From the IMG/VR virus record IMGVR_UViG_3300012347_000093, positions 1 to 35,606 of that record: a stretch of DNA of 35,606 nucleotides. The stretch is one strand, 5' to 3'. Shown here one piece after another: positions 7,153 to 14,099 of this stretch; positions within the stretch are counted from its first letter, which is position 1, and every line of letters starts with the position of its first letter. Made by a program: the position numbers and the translations under genes. The notes below the pieces were generated by a model. The model ran no database searches. It had not been told where the DNA came from and saw only the letters and a program-made list of their open reading frames with translations. The DNA is from a virus.

Positions 7153-7316
7153 ATTGCTATTAAACCTTTCTCTAATCTATCTCTAGCCTGTTTATTTCTT
7201 TTTTGCTCAACTAAAACTAAATATTCTCGCCTGATCTGCAAAGGTAGTTTTTCTAACCACCTTAACTCGCAGTCATGCCGATATTCCTCGCTATAAGTAT
7301 CGTTTAACTGGTTCAT
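7137..7316 (-). CDS. hypothetical conserved phage protein (59 aa)
   Basis: Start trimmed to ATG 7316 (MNQLNDTYSEEYRHDCELRWLEKLPLQIRREYLVLVEQKRNKQARDRL). The C-E-x-R-W...RR.YL..VE pattern recurs downstream of phage helicases, from memory. Confidence 0.5.
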   Translation of the reverse strand: MNQLNDTYSEEYRHDCELRWLEKLPLQIRREYLVLVEQKRNKQARDRLEKGLIAIWKNR

Positions 7317-8208
7317 AAGCAATCTCTGTATATTGCTGACTATGCTTCTCAAAGAACAATGGGATGATGCCTTCCCAATCTCCATTCCTAACCTTAGATA
7401 CAACTACTACAGCATCAGGGACAGAGTTATCAGCCATTCCATGATTGTTATAGGTCTCTCGCTCCTTCTTCCTGTTTCTATTGATAATCAGGACATTATC
7501 AGCAAGATCAGATATTGAGCCAGAACCCTTTAGGTCAAACTTACCAGCTTCATGATTCTCATCGTTACTTTTCCTGACATGGTGGACAAGCATAATATGA
7601 ATATCAACTTCTTTAGCTACTTCGCAAAGTGAGTTCATAAAGTCTTTCTGTCCGTCATAATCCGTCTCTCCCCGAGTGCATTTCATTAGGGAATCAATCA
7701 CAATATGACTGCATCCTAGCTCTAAGGCTGAATAGCGACAAAGGGCTATTACTTGCCATTGATCTAGATTTCCGACATGGTTATATAGGTAGAAGTTATC
7801 TAGCTTCCATTGCATAAACTGGTCAATCTGTGCTTCGCTTGGGAAGTTCTGACCTATAGCCTGTCTAGTCATCCTAGCTAAAGTAGTTACTGGTGGCATC
7901 TCTAAAGAAGCTACTAGAACCTTAGCTCCATTGTCTACAAACTCTAAGGCTATTTGACCTAAGATTAAAGACTTACCAGAGCCATTGCTTCCAGCAAAGA
8001 CAGTTACTTCCTTCTTCCTAAATGCTAGTTTTTGATGAGTAGACTTCCAAGGTAACTTATCGCCTAGGATGCCATGCTTTCGTTCCTCAAAATATTTAAC
8101 CAACTCATCCTTAAACTCAGACTTCTCATTGACCTGATTGCGGATAACTGAATATTCTGAATACTCTTGTAAATTTATATTGTTATTATCAATTAGCATA
8201 TATTTCAC
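7291..8208 (-). CDS. DnaB-like replicative helicase (RecA-type C-terminal domain only)
   Basis: Walker A GSNGSGKS, Walker B-like SHIVIDSLMKC, and IMLVHHVRK. 305 aa. Confidence 0.8.
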   Translation of the reverse strand: MKYMLIDNNNINLQEYSEYSVIRNQVNEKSEFKDELVKYFEERKHGILGDKLPWKSTHQKLAFRKKEVTVFAGSNGSGKSLILGQIALEFVDNGAKVLVASLEMPPVTTLARMTRQAIGQNFPSEAQIDQFMQWKLDNFYLYNHVGNLDQWQVIALCRYSALELGCSHIVIDSLMKCTRGETDYDGQKDFMNSLCEVAKEVDIHIMLVHHVRKSNDENHEAGKFDLKGSGSISDLADNVLIINRNRKKERETYNNHGMADNSVPDAVVVVSKVRNGDWEGIIPLFFEKHSQQYTEIAYEPVKRYL

Positions 8209-8494
8209 CTGTCGAATCTACAGCTACTAAAGATTTAGGCTTGCAATTTATGGACTCTACATACCATTTAGCAAATACCTCATCGCTTGCATCAGTTCCA
8301 TGCAATAGCTGAAGATTGTTGTTTTTAATAAACCAAAGATCATTTTTCTTAGGTCTGCTCGATTCTGTGTAGATCAAACCTACTTTATCACCATTGCAAT
8401 CTTTAGGGTTATACCAAGATGGTTTTTTTCCTACAAAAACAATGATGCTTTTAATATTCTGTAGGTTATCTATGACTTCCATATGACCGATCAT
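8189..8494 (-). CDS. hypothetical protein (replication module)
   Basis: 101-aa ORF overlapping both neighbours. No motif recognised. Confidence 0.55.
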   Translation of the reverse strand: MIGHMEVIDNLQNIKSIIVFVGKKPSWYNPKDCNGDKVGLIYTESSRPKKNDLWFIKNNNLQLLHGTDASDEVFAKWYVESINCKPKSLVAVDSTGEIYAN

Positions 8495-9177
8495 GGTTGC
8501 ACCACAGGAGCAAAGATATTGCCAAATCTACTAGAATCATCATTGGATGATGGTGCAGATATCTCATCTTCCCAGCATCTGTTATTTAACCAAGTCTGAG
8601 GGTTTTTAATATACCCATCTTTTACCTGTTTTGTTTGCTTGTAAAGATTGATTGATTTAATAATTTTTTGTAATAACTCATCATCAACTTTGATCTTCTT
8701 CCAAGAATTGAAAGCTCCACCTTTACCAGACTTATTTGGATACTCACTCCAAAACTTTTCAAAGCTATCTGTGTATATATGGTTCTTGGTTATTGGTTCT
8801 TGGTTCTTGGTTGGTTGAACGGTCGTTGAACGCTTGTTTAACCGAGCTTCAGCAGATGCCTTTCCTGCCCTACTTGCTTGGTCTAGCTTGTCATGATACT
8901 TAGCAATTTCCTCATCAACTCGCTTGTTATGCCAACATCCATCATCCTCTAAAACAAAGAATTCATTAAGAATGACATCAACAATTTCAACAGAAGTCCT
9001 AATTCGTCTAGCTAGTGTTGAACGGTCGTTGAACGGTTGTTCAGACTGATAATAAATATCAATCATTCGCCTGTAGGCTAAATCTTCTTCATTGCTGAGA
9101 TGGTTTGTGTGGGATAGATAATCTCCAATATGGAACGGATAAAAATTCATATTTTCCCTAGTCAAAGGTAGTCGCAT
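8491..9177 (-). CDS. DUF1376 (YdaU-like) replication-associated protein
   Basis: MNFYPFHIGDYLSHTNHLSNEEDLAYRRMIDIYY is the DUF1376 signature. The true start may be ATG 9150, which has AGGGA 6 nt upstream, rather than 9177. Confidence 0.7.
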   Translation of the reverse strand: MRLPLTRENMNFYPFHIGDYLSHTNHLSNEEDLAYRRMIDIYYQSEQPFNDRSTLARRIRTSVEIVDVILNEFFVLEDDGCWHNKRVDEEIAKYHDKLDQASRAGKASAEARLNKRSTTVQPTKNQEPITKNHIYTDSFEKFWSEYPNKSGKGGAFNSWKKIKVDDELLQKIIKSINLYKQTKQVKDGYIKNPQTWLNNRCWEDEISAPSSNDDSSRFGNIFAPVVQP

Positions 9178-9254
9178 TAAGAAGGTTGGCAGGTGGGCGA
9201 CAAGACCACTTTTCGGATAAAGTAATGAGCTTTCTCCTAGCCTTCCGAAATAGA

Positions 9255-9530
9255 TTAAAGCATATTTTTTACAAAATCAATAGCTTCTTGAGGATTATTT
9301 ATCCTTACTACTGGAGAACCCAGCCAAGTCCTTTGAAACTCTAGCTGCGCAGGGGTGAATGATGCCTTCTCGTCTCGCTTGACTTCGATAAGGTAGGTCT
9401 GCCCATTTATTCCAGCCAATAAATCAGGGCAGCCTTTGCCGACCTCATGCAGATTAAATACAGACATCCCCATAGCTCTTAGGTGTTCAACTATGGCTTT
9501 TTGATTTATGTCCACTCGCTTTGCTCTCAT
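9255..9530 (-). CDS. VRR-NUC domain nuclease
   Basis: GKGCPDLLAG...YLIEVKRDEKASFTPAQLEFQRTW. This is a PD...E-x-K core plus the Q..W motif typical of VRR-NUC. Confidence 0.8.
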   Translation of the reverse strand: MRAKRVDINQKAIVEHLRAMGMSVFNLHEVGKGCPDLLAGINGQTYLIEVKRDEKASFTPAQLEFQRTWLGSPVVRINNPQEAIDFVKNML

Positions 9531-9549
9531 ATATTCCTTGTAAGAAAAA

Positions 9550-9563
9550 TAGGGATACCCCTA
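9550..9563 (-). promoter_or_regulatory. short hairpin plus U-run in the leader of the early-left operon
   Basis: Minus-strand RNA reads UAGGG-GUAU-CCCUA-UUUUUCUU, ending about 12 nt upstream of the VRR-NUC start codon (ATG 9530-9528). It could be an attenuator or a protein-binding palindrome. Confidence 0.3.
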
Positions 9564-9602
9564 CTTGTTTAAAATCAATGACTTAGCAATATTAGGGTTT
9601 TC

Positions 9603-9651
9603 CTTACTAATTATTTTGCATTGTAAGCAATTCTGTAAGCTGGCAGTAAGC
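9603..9651. promoter_or_regulatory. candidate operator: three direct GTAAGC repeats at 12/11-bp spacing plus an inverted CTTAC
   Basis: GTAAGC occurs at 9623-9628, 9635-9640 and 9646-9651. CTTAC at 9603-9607 is inverted relative to GTAAG at 9623-9627. All lie in the 172-nt divergent intergenic region. Confidence 0.4.
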
Positions 9652-9702
9652 TAACTAGTTCATTATCTCTATTACTGAAGTTTAATTGTTTAAGGAGTTT
9701 AT

Positions 9703-9783
9703 ATGAAAGTTACTAAGTTAGATATTTTTGGTGCAGCGATTATCGGTGCAATTATTGGTTCAATGTTTGCTTTGTTTATTTAA
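9703..9783 (+). CDS. 26-aa hydrophobic peptide, first cistron of the early-right operon
   Basis: AAGGAG lies 7 nt upstream of the ATG. Sequence MKVTKLDIFGAAIIGAIIGSMFALFI contains a GxxxG motif (GAIIG). The stop lies inside the SD of the next gene (TAAGGAG). Confidence 0.5.
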   Translation: MKVTKLDIFGAAIIGAIIGSMFALFI

Positions 9784-9793
9784 GGAGATAGTC

Positions 9794-10048
9794 ATGGAAA
9801 ATAGAATCGTTGATTTACTAAATACTGAAGAATATAACCCATACAACTTGTTTAACTTTGGCGAAGCTATCATTGATGGCACGACTAAAGAACAAGAAGC
9901 ACGAATCAAAGAGTTGCTAGAAAACAGAGATTTTGAAGCACTTGGTCGTATGTTGTGGAATCAGACCACAGAATACTGGGAAAGAATTGCTACTGATTTA
10001 GCTTGTGACCAGTTAGCTAAGTGCAGTTTTCCTTATGAGGAGAGATGA
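9794..10048 (+). CDS. hypothetical protein (84 aa)
   Basis: Start trimmed to ATG 9794 (MENRIVDLL...), which has AAGGAG upstream. The longer track ORF overlaps the peptide gene. Confidence 0.65.
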   Translation: MENRIVDLLNTEEYNPYNLFNFGEAIIDGTTKEQEARIKELLENRDFEALGRMLWNQTTEYWERIATDLACDQLAKCSFPYEER

Positions 10049-10155
10049 TGATTAATAAATATCGTAGGCTACGGTATTCAGGTTGCAGTAAGTCTTTGGC
10101 TTTATATTTTGTTTGGCGCAGTTTTTTAATTAAGTTTTTTAGGAGAATCAAATGA
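10045..10155 (+). CDS. possible 36-aa basic peptide
   Basis: MMINKYRRLRYSGCSKSLALYFVWRSFLIKFFRRIK. ATGA-type overlaps at both ends fill an otherwise empty 103-nt gap. No separate SD. Confidence 0.3.
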   Translation: MMINKYRRLRYSGCSKSLALYFVWRSFLIKFFRRIK

Positions 10156-10682
10156 GTAAATATGCAGAATTAAGAAAGATTGATGTATCTAGCAAGATTG
10201 AGAAAAAGAACGGTCTTAGCTACTTATCATGGGCTTGGGCTGTAGATACATTGTTACAACACGACCCAATGGCTACTTGGTCTTATGGTCAGCCAGTATT
10301 GTTTGGTGAAACTGCAATGGTGTTCTGCACAGTTAATGCTTTTGGTAAGTCTATGACTGCACAGCTACCTGTTATGGACTACCGCAACAAAGCCATTCCT
10401 AACCCTGATGCTTTTGCTGTAAATACTGCTATGCAACGCTGTTTAGCTAAAGCCATTGCTTTACATGGATTAGGTCTAAGTTTGTATGCTGGTGAAGACT
10501 TATGGGAAGCTGAAGCAGAACCTGTAGATGTAACTGCATTAGTTGAAGATATTGCTAAGTGTACTGACATGGAACAATTAAAAACTGCCTTTGCAAAAGG
10601 TTACAAAGTAGCAAGCAAAGACAAAGAAGCACTAAAGCTAATCAATGATGCAAAAGAGTTGAAGAAGAAGGAATTAGCATGA
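10152..10682 (+). CDS. Rad52-like single-strand annealing protein (Sak / DUF1071-like)
   Basis: KKNGLSYLSWAWAVDTLLQHDP...FCTVNAFGKS...LPVMDYRNKAI...AMQRCLAKAIALHGLGLSLY, the pattern of Sak/Rad52-family phage annealases. Paired with the YqaJ exonuclease downstream. Confidence 0.7.
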   Translation: MSKYAELRKIDVSSKIEKKNGLSYLSWAWAVDTLLQHDPMATWSYGQPVLFGETAMVFCTVNAFGKSMTAQLPVMDYRNKAIPNPDAFAVNTAMQRCLAKAIALHGLGLSLYAGEDLWEAEAEPVDVTALVEDIAKCTDMEQLKTAFAKGYKVASKDKEALKLINDAKELKKKELA

Positions 10683-10903
10683 CATCCAACGAAATCAGCT
10701 TAATTAAACAGATGATGCAGTCTGGTAAATATAGTGCTGTACTAGACTTTATGCCTGAATATAACTTGCAGAAGTCTAAAGAGATTATTGAAAGCATGGG
10801 GTCTAAGTGGTGTTGTCACCCAGATAACTATGTAAAACGATTAGAAGTACCCATTGAAATATTGCAGCAAAACAAAACTAAAGTATTGAAAGGTAAAAAA
10901 TGA
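10679..10903 (+). CDS. hypothetical protein
   Basis: 74-aa ORF with 4-nt overlaps on both sides. Confidence 0.55.
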   Translation: MTSNEISLIKQMMQSGKYSAVLDFMPEYNLQKSKEIIESMGSKWCCHPDNYVKRLEVPIEILQQNKTKVLKGKK

Positions 10904-11082
10904 GAGTAGATGACAAGCAAGACTATAGCGATTTATGGATTAACTTACAGGTAGAAGTACGCCTAATGCACAGTTTCTTCCTACAAGGTCGTTGGTCTGA
11001 TGCAGGTAGCTGCGCTAAGAAGTGTGAGGAGATTAGCGGTAATTTAGCTAAACTTTGTATCGAAATGGATAATGTGGAATAA
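10900..11082 (+). CDS. hypothetical protein
   Basis: 60-aa ORF with a 4-nt overlap upstream. Confidence 0.5.
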   Translation: MRVDDKQDYSDLWINLQVEVRLMHSFFLQGRWSDAGSCAKKCEEISGNLAKLCIEMDNVE

Positions 11083-11180
11083 TGATTGTCCTATTTGTAC
11101 TTTTATTAGGTTTATTAGCTGGGTTAGGGTTTGTAGCCCTAATCCTTTGGTTAGGAGATAGAAATGGAACAAAGAACTGA
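11082..11180 (+). CDS. possible 32-aa single-TM peptide
   Basis: MIVLFVLLLGLLAGLGFVALILWLGDRNGTKN. TAATG overlap with the upstream stop. It ends 17 nt inside the exonuclease gene. Confidence 0.4.
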   Translation: MIVLFVLLLGLLAGLGFVALILWLGDRNGTKN

Positions 11181-11778
11181 AGAATGGTTTAAAGCCAGAT
11201 TAGGCAAAGTAACTGCTAGTAAGGTTGCTGATGTCATGGCTAAGACCAAAACAGGCGTTAGCGCATCTCGTGCTAATTACCTTACAGAATTAGTAGTTGA
11301 AAGACTTACTAATCAAAAAGCAGAATCTTTTACCAACGAGTATATGCAATGGGGAACTGATACAGAACCTCAAGCAAGAATGGCATACGAAGCGTTTAAA
11401 AGCGTTCTAGTTGATGAAGTAGGCTTTATTGACCATCCTAGTATTGATAATTTTGGTTGTTCTCCTGACGGGCTTGTAGGAGATGACGGGCTTATCGAAA
11501 TAAAGTGTATGTCAAGTAAAAATGCAGTAGAAACACTTATTGCAGGCAAAGCACCTAGTAAATATATTCCTCAAATGCAAACACAGATGGCAGTAACTGG
11601 TAGACAGTATTGCGACTTTGTTAGCTTTGACCCAAGACTTCCAGAGGATTTGCAGTTGTTCATTGTTCGTGTTGAACGAGATGATGAATACATTGCAAAA
11701 CTCGAAGAAGAAGTATCTGCTTTCTTGAAGGAAGTAGACGAAACAGTAACTAAACTTAAAGGTTTAAAGGAGAAGTAA
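11164..11778 (+). CDS. YqaJ-like (lambda Exo-type) recombination exonuclease
   Basis: RTEEWFKARLGKVTASKVADVM at the N-terminus. PD-(D/E)xK core CSPDGLVGDDGLIEIKC. AGGAG SD upstream. Confidence 0.85.
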   Translation: MEQRTEEWFKARLGKVTASKVADVMAKTKTGVSASRANYLTELVVERLTNQKAESFTNEYMQWGTDTEPQARMAYEAFKSVLVDEVGFIDHPSIDNFGCSPDGLVGDDGLIEIKCMSSKNAVETLIAGKAPSKYIPQMQTQMAVTGRQYCDFVSFDPRLPEDLQLFIVRVERDDEYIAKLEEEVSAFLKEVDETVTKLKGLKEK

Positions 11779-11779
11779 C

Positions 11780-12028
11780 ATGGCTGTTAAAAAACAACTC
11801 AAAGCTAAAGCTGGCACATACACAAACAAACAGGGCGAAGAAAAAACTCGCTATGTCAATGTAGGTGTATTACTAGAAACTGGCAAAGGTGAAATGCTAA
11901 AGATTGAATCTCTACCAGTAAATTGGGATGGTTGGATTTATTTTGCAGACTTAGAAAAAAGGCAAATTGGTGATAACCCTACAAAGTCACAAACACCAGA
12001 TTTAGATAGTCAAGATGTTCCTTTTTAA
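11780..12028 (+). CDS. mini single-stranded-DNA-binding-like protein with an SSB-type C-terminal tip
   Basis: 82 aa. AGTYTNKQGEEKTRYVNVGVLLETGKGEMLKIESLP is beta-rich and OB-like. The acidic tail ends DLDSQDVPF (compare the bacterial SSB tip D-D-D-I-P-F). It immediately follows the exonuclease. Confidence 0.5.
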   Translation: MAVKKQLKAKAGTYTNKQGEEKTRYVNVGVLLETGKGEMLKIESLPVNWDGWIYFADLEKRQIGDNPTKSQTPDLDSQDVPF

Positions 12029-12052
12029 CTAAATAATGACCGAAAGCGGATG

Positions 12053-12100
12053 CTATTGGATACTACTCAGCTTGTGCGAGATATTGCACATTCCCAATAG
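12053..12100 (+). other. nested inverted repeats in the SSB/wHTH spacer
   Basis: The outer arm CTATTGG (12053-12059) pairs with CCAATAG (12094-12100). The inner arm TGTGC (12073-12077) pairs with GCACA (12086-12090). No U-run follows. Confidence 0.35.
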
Positions 12101-12125
12101 ATGCAGCGAGTAGGTCACCTTAAAT

Positions 12126-12479
12126 ATGTATAGAGATAAAATTTACAAGTGCAATAGCGATAAGTTTAGAAGGACTAGCCACGAGATACTAACCTTCTTA
12201 TCTGGTAAAGCTATGTCAAAGCACGAATTAGCCATAGTGATGGATTTAAGCCTGTCTAGCATTAGTAACTATATGCACTTCTTAAAGAAACAAGGCTTGG
12301 TCTATATTGCTGAATGGATAAGTAACTATAAGAGTAAACCTACAGCTAAGTACCGATTTGGGACTAACCCAGATGTCGAGTATGTGTTTAAAAGGAAGTA
12401 TAGGTATAAGCGTAAAAATAAGCCTATTTCTAATGCTACCAATAGATGCGATATAGCTGCTTCATGGATAAGGGGATAA
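12126..12479 (+). CDS. winged-helix DNA-binding protein (MarR/ArsR-like fold) with a basic tail
   Basis: ILTFLSGKAMSKHELAIVMDLSLSSISNYMHFLKKQGLVYIAE has an HTH-plus-wing layout. C-terminal KRKYRYKRKNK. Confidence 0.55.
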   Translation: MYRDKIYKCNSDKFRRTSHEILTFLSGKAMSKHELAIVMDLSLSSISNYMHFLKKQGLVYIAEWISNYKSKPTAKYRFGTNPDVEYVFKRKYRYKRKNKPISNATNRCDIAASWIRG

Positions 12480-12481
12480 AT

Positions 12482-12649
12482 ATGTCATGTAATAACGATT
12501 GCAATCAAGGAAGGTCATGCAAATGTTCAAACAAGCAATGTCAAGAATCAGACAATCTATCGTTTCTATTATTGTTATTTTTATACTTGGCAATACCGTT
12601 GGGACTGGTAGTGCTTATCTTACGATTAGCAAAGACTGTCGGATTTTAG
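12482..12649 (+). CDS. possible 55-aa Cys-rich / C-terminal TM protein (frame A of an overlapping pair)
   Basis: MSCNNDCNQGRSCKCSNKQCQESDNLSFLLLLFLYLAIPLGLVVLILRLAKTVGF. AAGGGGA lies 5-6 nt upstream. About 130 nt overlap with frame B. Confidence 0.35.
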   Translation: MSCNNDCNQGRSCKCSNKQCQESDNLSFLLLLFLYLAIPLGLVVLILRLAKTVGF

Positions 12650-12702
12650 GAATGTTTAGAATAGGAGATGTGGCATTTGCTTGCCATGTACATACAAAAT
12701 GA
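12517..12702 (+). CDS. possible 61-aa N-terminal TM protein (frame B of an overlapping pair)
   Basis: MQMFKQAMSRIRQSIVSIIVIFILGNTVGTGSAYLTISKDCRILGMFRIGDVAFACHVHTK. AAGGAAGG upstream. Its stop overlaps the next ATG (ATGA). Confidence 0.45.
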   Translation: MQMFKQAMSRIRQSIVSIIVIFILGNTVGTGSAYLTISKDCRILGMFRIGDVAFACHVHTK

Positions 12703-12845
12703 GATACCCAGAAGTACCACAAGAAATAGCAGATGCACTAGCAGAACTGCTAAAAGCTAAGATGCCTAATGGCAGTTATGTTATTAAGAAAGACCACAGG
12801 ATTACAGTATTAAAGGCTGAGATTCTGTTAAGGAGAATGAAGTGA
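12699..12845 (+). CDS. hypothetical 48-aa protein (below the ORF-track cutoff)
   Basis: MRYPEVPQEIADALAELLKAKMPNGSYVIKKDHRITVLKAEILLRRMK. ATGA overlap upstream and GTGA overlap with the GTG start at 12842. Confidence 0.45.
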   Translation: MRYPEVPQEIADALAELLKAKMPNGSYVIKKDHRITVLKAEILLRRMK

Positions 12846-13153
12846 AAGAAGAAGCATTAAAGTTGGCTAATGACTTAGAAGAACTGCATGAGCAAGATTT
12901 AATTGATGGTGTTGCTCATCTATCTATGCCACAAGCATCTGCCATGATTCGCAGACTTGTAGAAAAATTGGATAAGCTAAATGGTTGCTTGATTGCAGAA
13001 CAAGAACACAATGAAATGCTACAAACAAAGCCATTAAGTGATGAGGAAATAACACAAGTATTTGATAAGTGTTATCCAAATAACGGTGATGGAGATGTAG
13101 TTACCTTAGTTGACTTTGCTAGGGCAATAGAAGAAAGGCATGGAATTAAATGA
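12842..13153 (+). CDS. hypothetical protein (GTG start)
   Basis: 103 aa with AAGGAG 6 nt upstream of the GTG. The C-terminal LSDEEI...FARAIEERHGI resembles a common phage small-protein ending, from memory. Confidence 0.65.
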   Translation: MKEEALKLANDLEELHEQDLIDGVAHLSMPQASAMIRRLVEKLDKLNGCLIAEQEHNEMLQTKPLSDEEITQVFDKCYPNNGDGDVVTLVDFARAIEERHGIK

Positions 13154-13401
13154 ACATCTTAGACGAAGCAAAAGAAATTATTTATGGCGATAGGGAAAAG
13201 ACCTATGGACACCCATCTGTAAACCTAGACAATATAGCTAAGTTTTGGAGTGTTTATCTAAAAAAAGATGTCAATGCACAAGATGTCGCTACAATGATGG
13301 TCTTGTTAAAATTAGCAAGAATGATGAACCAGCCTGACCACAGAGATTCTTTAGTAGATTCAGTAGGTTACTTAGCACTAATTGAAAGGATTAAAGAATG
13401 A
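13150..13401 (+). CDS. DUF6378-like phage protein
   Basis: IIYGDREKTYGHPSVNLDNIAKFWSVYL...DVATMMVLLKLARMMNQPDHRDSLVDSVGYLAL. The pattern is recalled as DUF6378. Confidence 0.5.
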   Translation: MNILDEAKEIIYGDREKTYGHPSVNLDNIAKFWSVYLKKDVNAQDVATMMVLLKLARMMNQPDHRDSLVDSVGYLALIERIKE

Positions 13402-13646
13402 ATGAGGTACAAAAATCTCAATTCTGGGAACAAGTTAATAATTTAGAACATCTAGCTTCTACTTTAAATAATTGTCAGTCTATAATTTCAATTTGTGCAG
13501 AAAGACAATGTGATGCAGAAAGTGGCGCATTATGGCTTGTTGCAGATGTATTGTCAGAAAAAGAAAATAAGCTAGACCAAATCATACAAAATCTCTTAGC
13601 CATATCTAGAGAATTAAACAAACCAATTAAGAAAGCAAAAAAATGA
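13398..13646 (+). CDS. hypothetical protein
   Basis: 82-aa ORF with 4-nt overlaps. Confidence 0.55.
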   Translation: MNEVQKSQFWEQVNNLEHLASTLNNCQSIISICAERQCDAESGALWLVADVLSEKENKLDQIIQNLLAISRELNKPIKKAKK

Positions 13647-13744
13647 ATTTGAACGCAGACTTTACTTTGTCAGAAGATGAACTAGAAGTAATCAGAGAAG
13701 CTATTAGACAGACAATGGCTGAGTATCTGGAGAATCAAAAATGA
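13643..13744 (+). CDS. possible 33-aa acidic peptide
   Basis: MNLNADFTLSEDELEVIREAIRQTMAEYLENQK. ATGA overlaps at both ends exactly bridge a 94-nt gap. Confidence 0.4.
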   Translation: MNLNADFTLSEDELEVIREAIRQTMAEYLENQK

Positions 13745-13947
13745 TGAAATGGCTAGGGACTTATCTATGTTTAATAGGTATAGCCCTGACTAGCTTCAAT
13801 GTATACCCCTTAAACCTTTCATTTGGGCTTATAGGAAGTTTTATTTGGATGGCTGAGGGGTACATAGCCAAAGATGGCGCACTCTTTACTGTAGAAGCCG
13901 CAGCTGTTGCTATTTATCTTGCTGGAATCTATAAGGTTGTATTTTAA
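13741..13947 (+). CDS. small 3-TM membrane protein
   Basis: 68 aa with three hydrophobic segments (LGTYLCLIGIALTSF, LSFGLIGSFIWMAEGYI, LFTVEAAAVAIYLAGIY). Last gene of the early-right operon. Confidence 0.6.
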   Translation: MMKWLGTYLCLIGIALTSFNVYPLNLSFGLIGSFIWMAEGYIAKDGALFTVEAAAVAIYLAGIYKVVF

Positions 13948-13970
13948 TTACACCCAATTACACCCAATTA
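13948..13970. repeat. 2.3 copies of the 10-mer TTACACCCAA
   Basis: ttacacccaa ttacacccaa tta begins directly after the stop at 13947. A partial third copy (aattacac) lies about 30 nt on. Confidence 0.8.
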
Positions 13971-14073
13971 TGCAAATCCTCTTTTGAAAAGTGGAATTAC
14001 ACAAACTGTATCTTATAAGTTACATTTCGGTAATATTTGTAAAGTATATGATACAAAATGACTCATAAATAAA

Positions 14074-14099
14074 GCATTAGGCTAGTTTATGCCTTTTTT
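14074..14099 (+). terminator. weak hairpin plus T6, candidate terminator of the early-right operon
   Basis: AGGC-tagtttat-GCCT (or GCAT...ATGC) followed by TTTTTT. The stem is only 4 bp. Confidence 0.3.

Noticed and set aside
9178-9254. GTGG...CCAC hairpin followed by TTTT as a terminator between the VRR-NUC and DUF1376 genes
   Set aside because: The T-run follows the hairpin only on the plus strand, which is antisense to the operon here. The stem is only 4 bp.
12036-12110. 24-aa ORF (MTESGCYWILLSLCEILHIPNRCSE) in the structured spacer
   Set aside because: It has no SD and no coupling to its neighbours. The nested inverted repeats explain the sequence better.
13948-13970. CRISPR-like or mini-array interpretation of the tandem 10-mers
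   Set aside because: The units are directly abutting with no spacers, only 2.3 copies are present, and they are 10 bp long.
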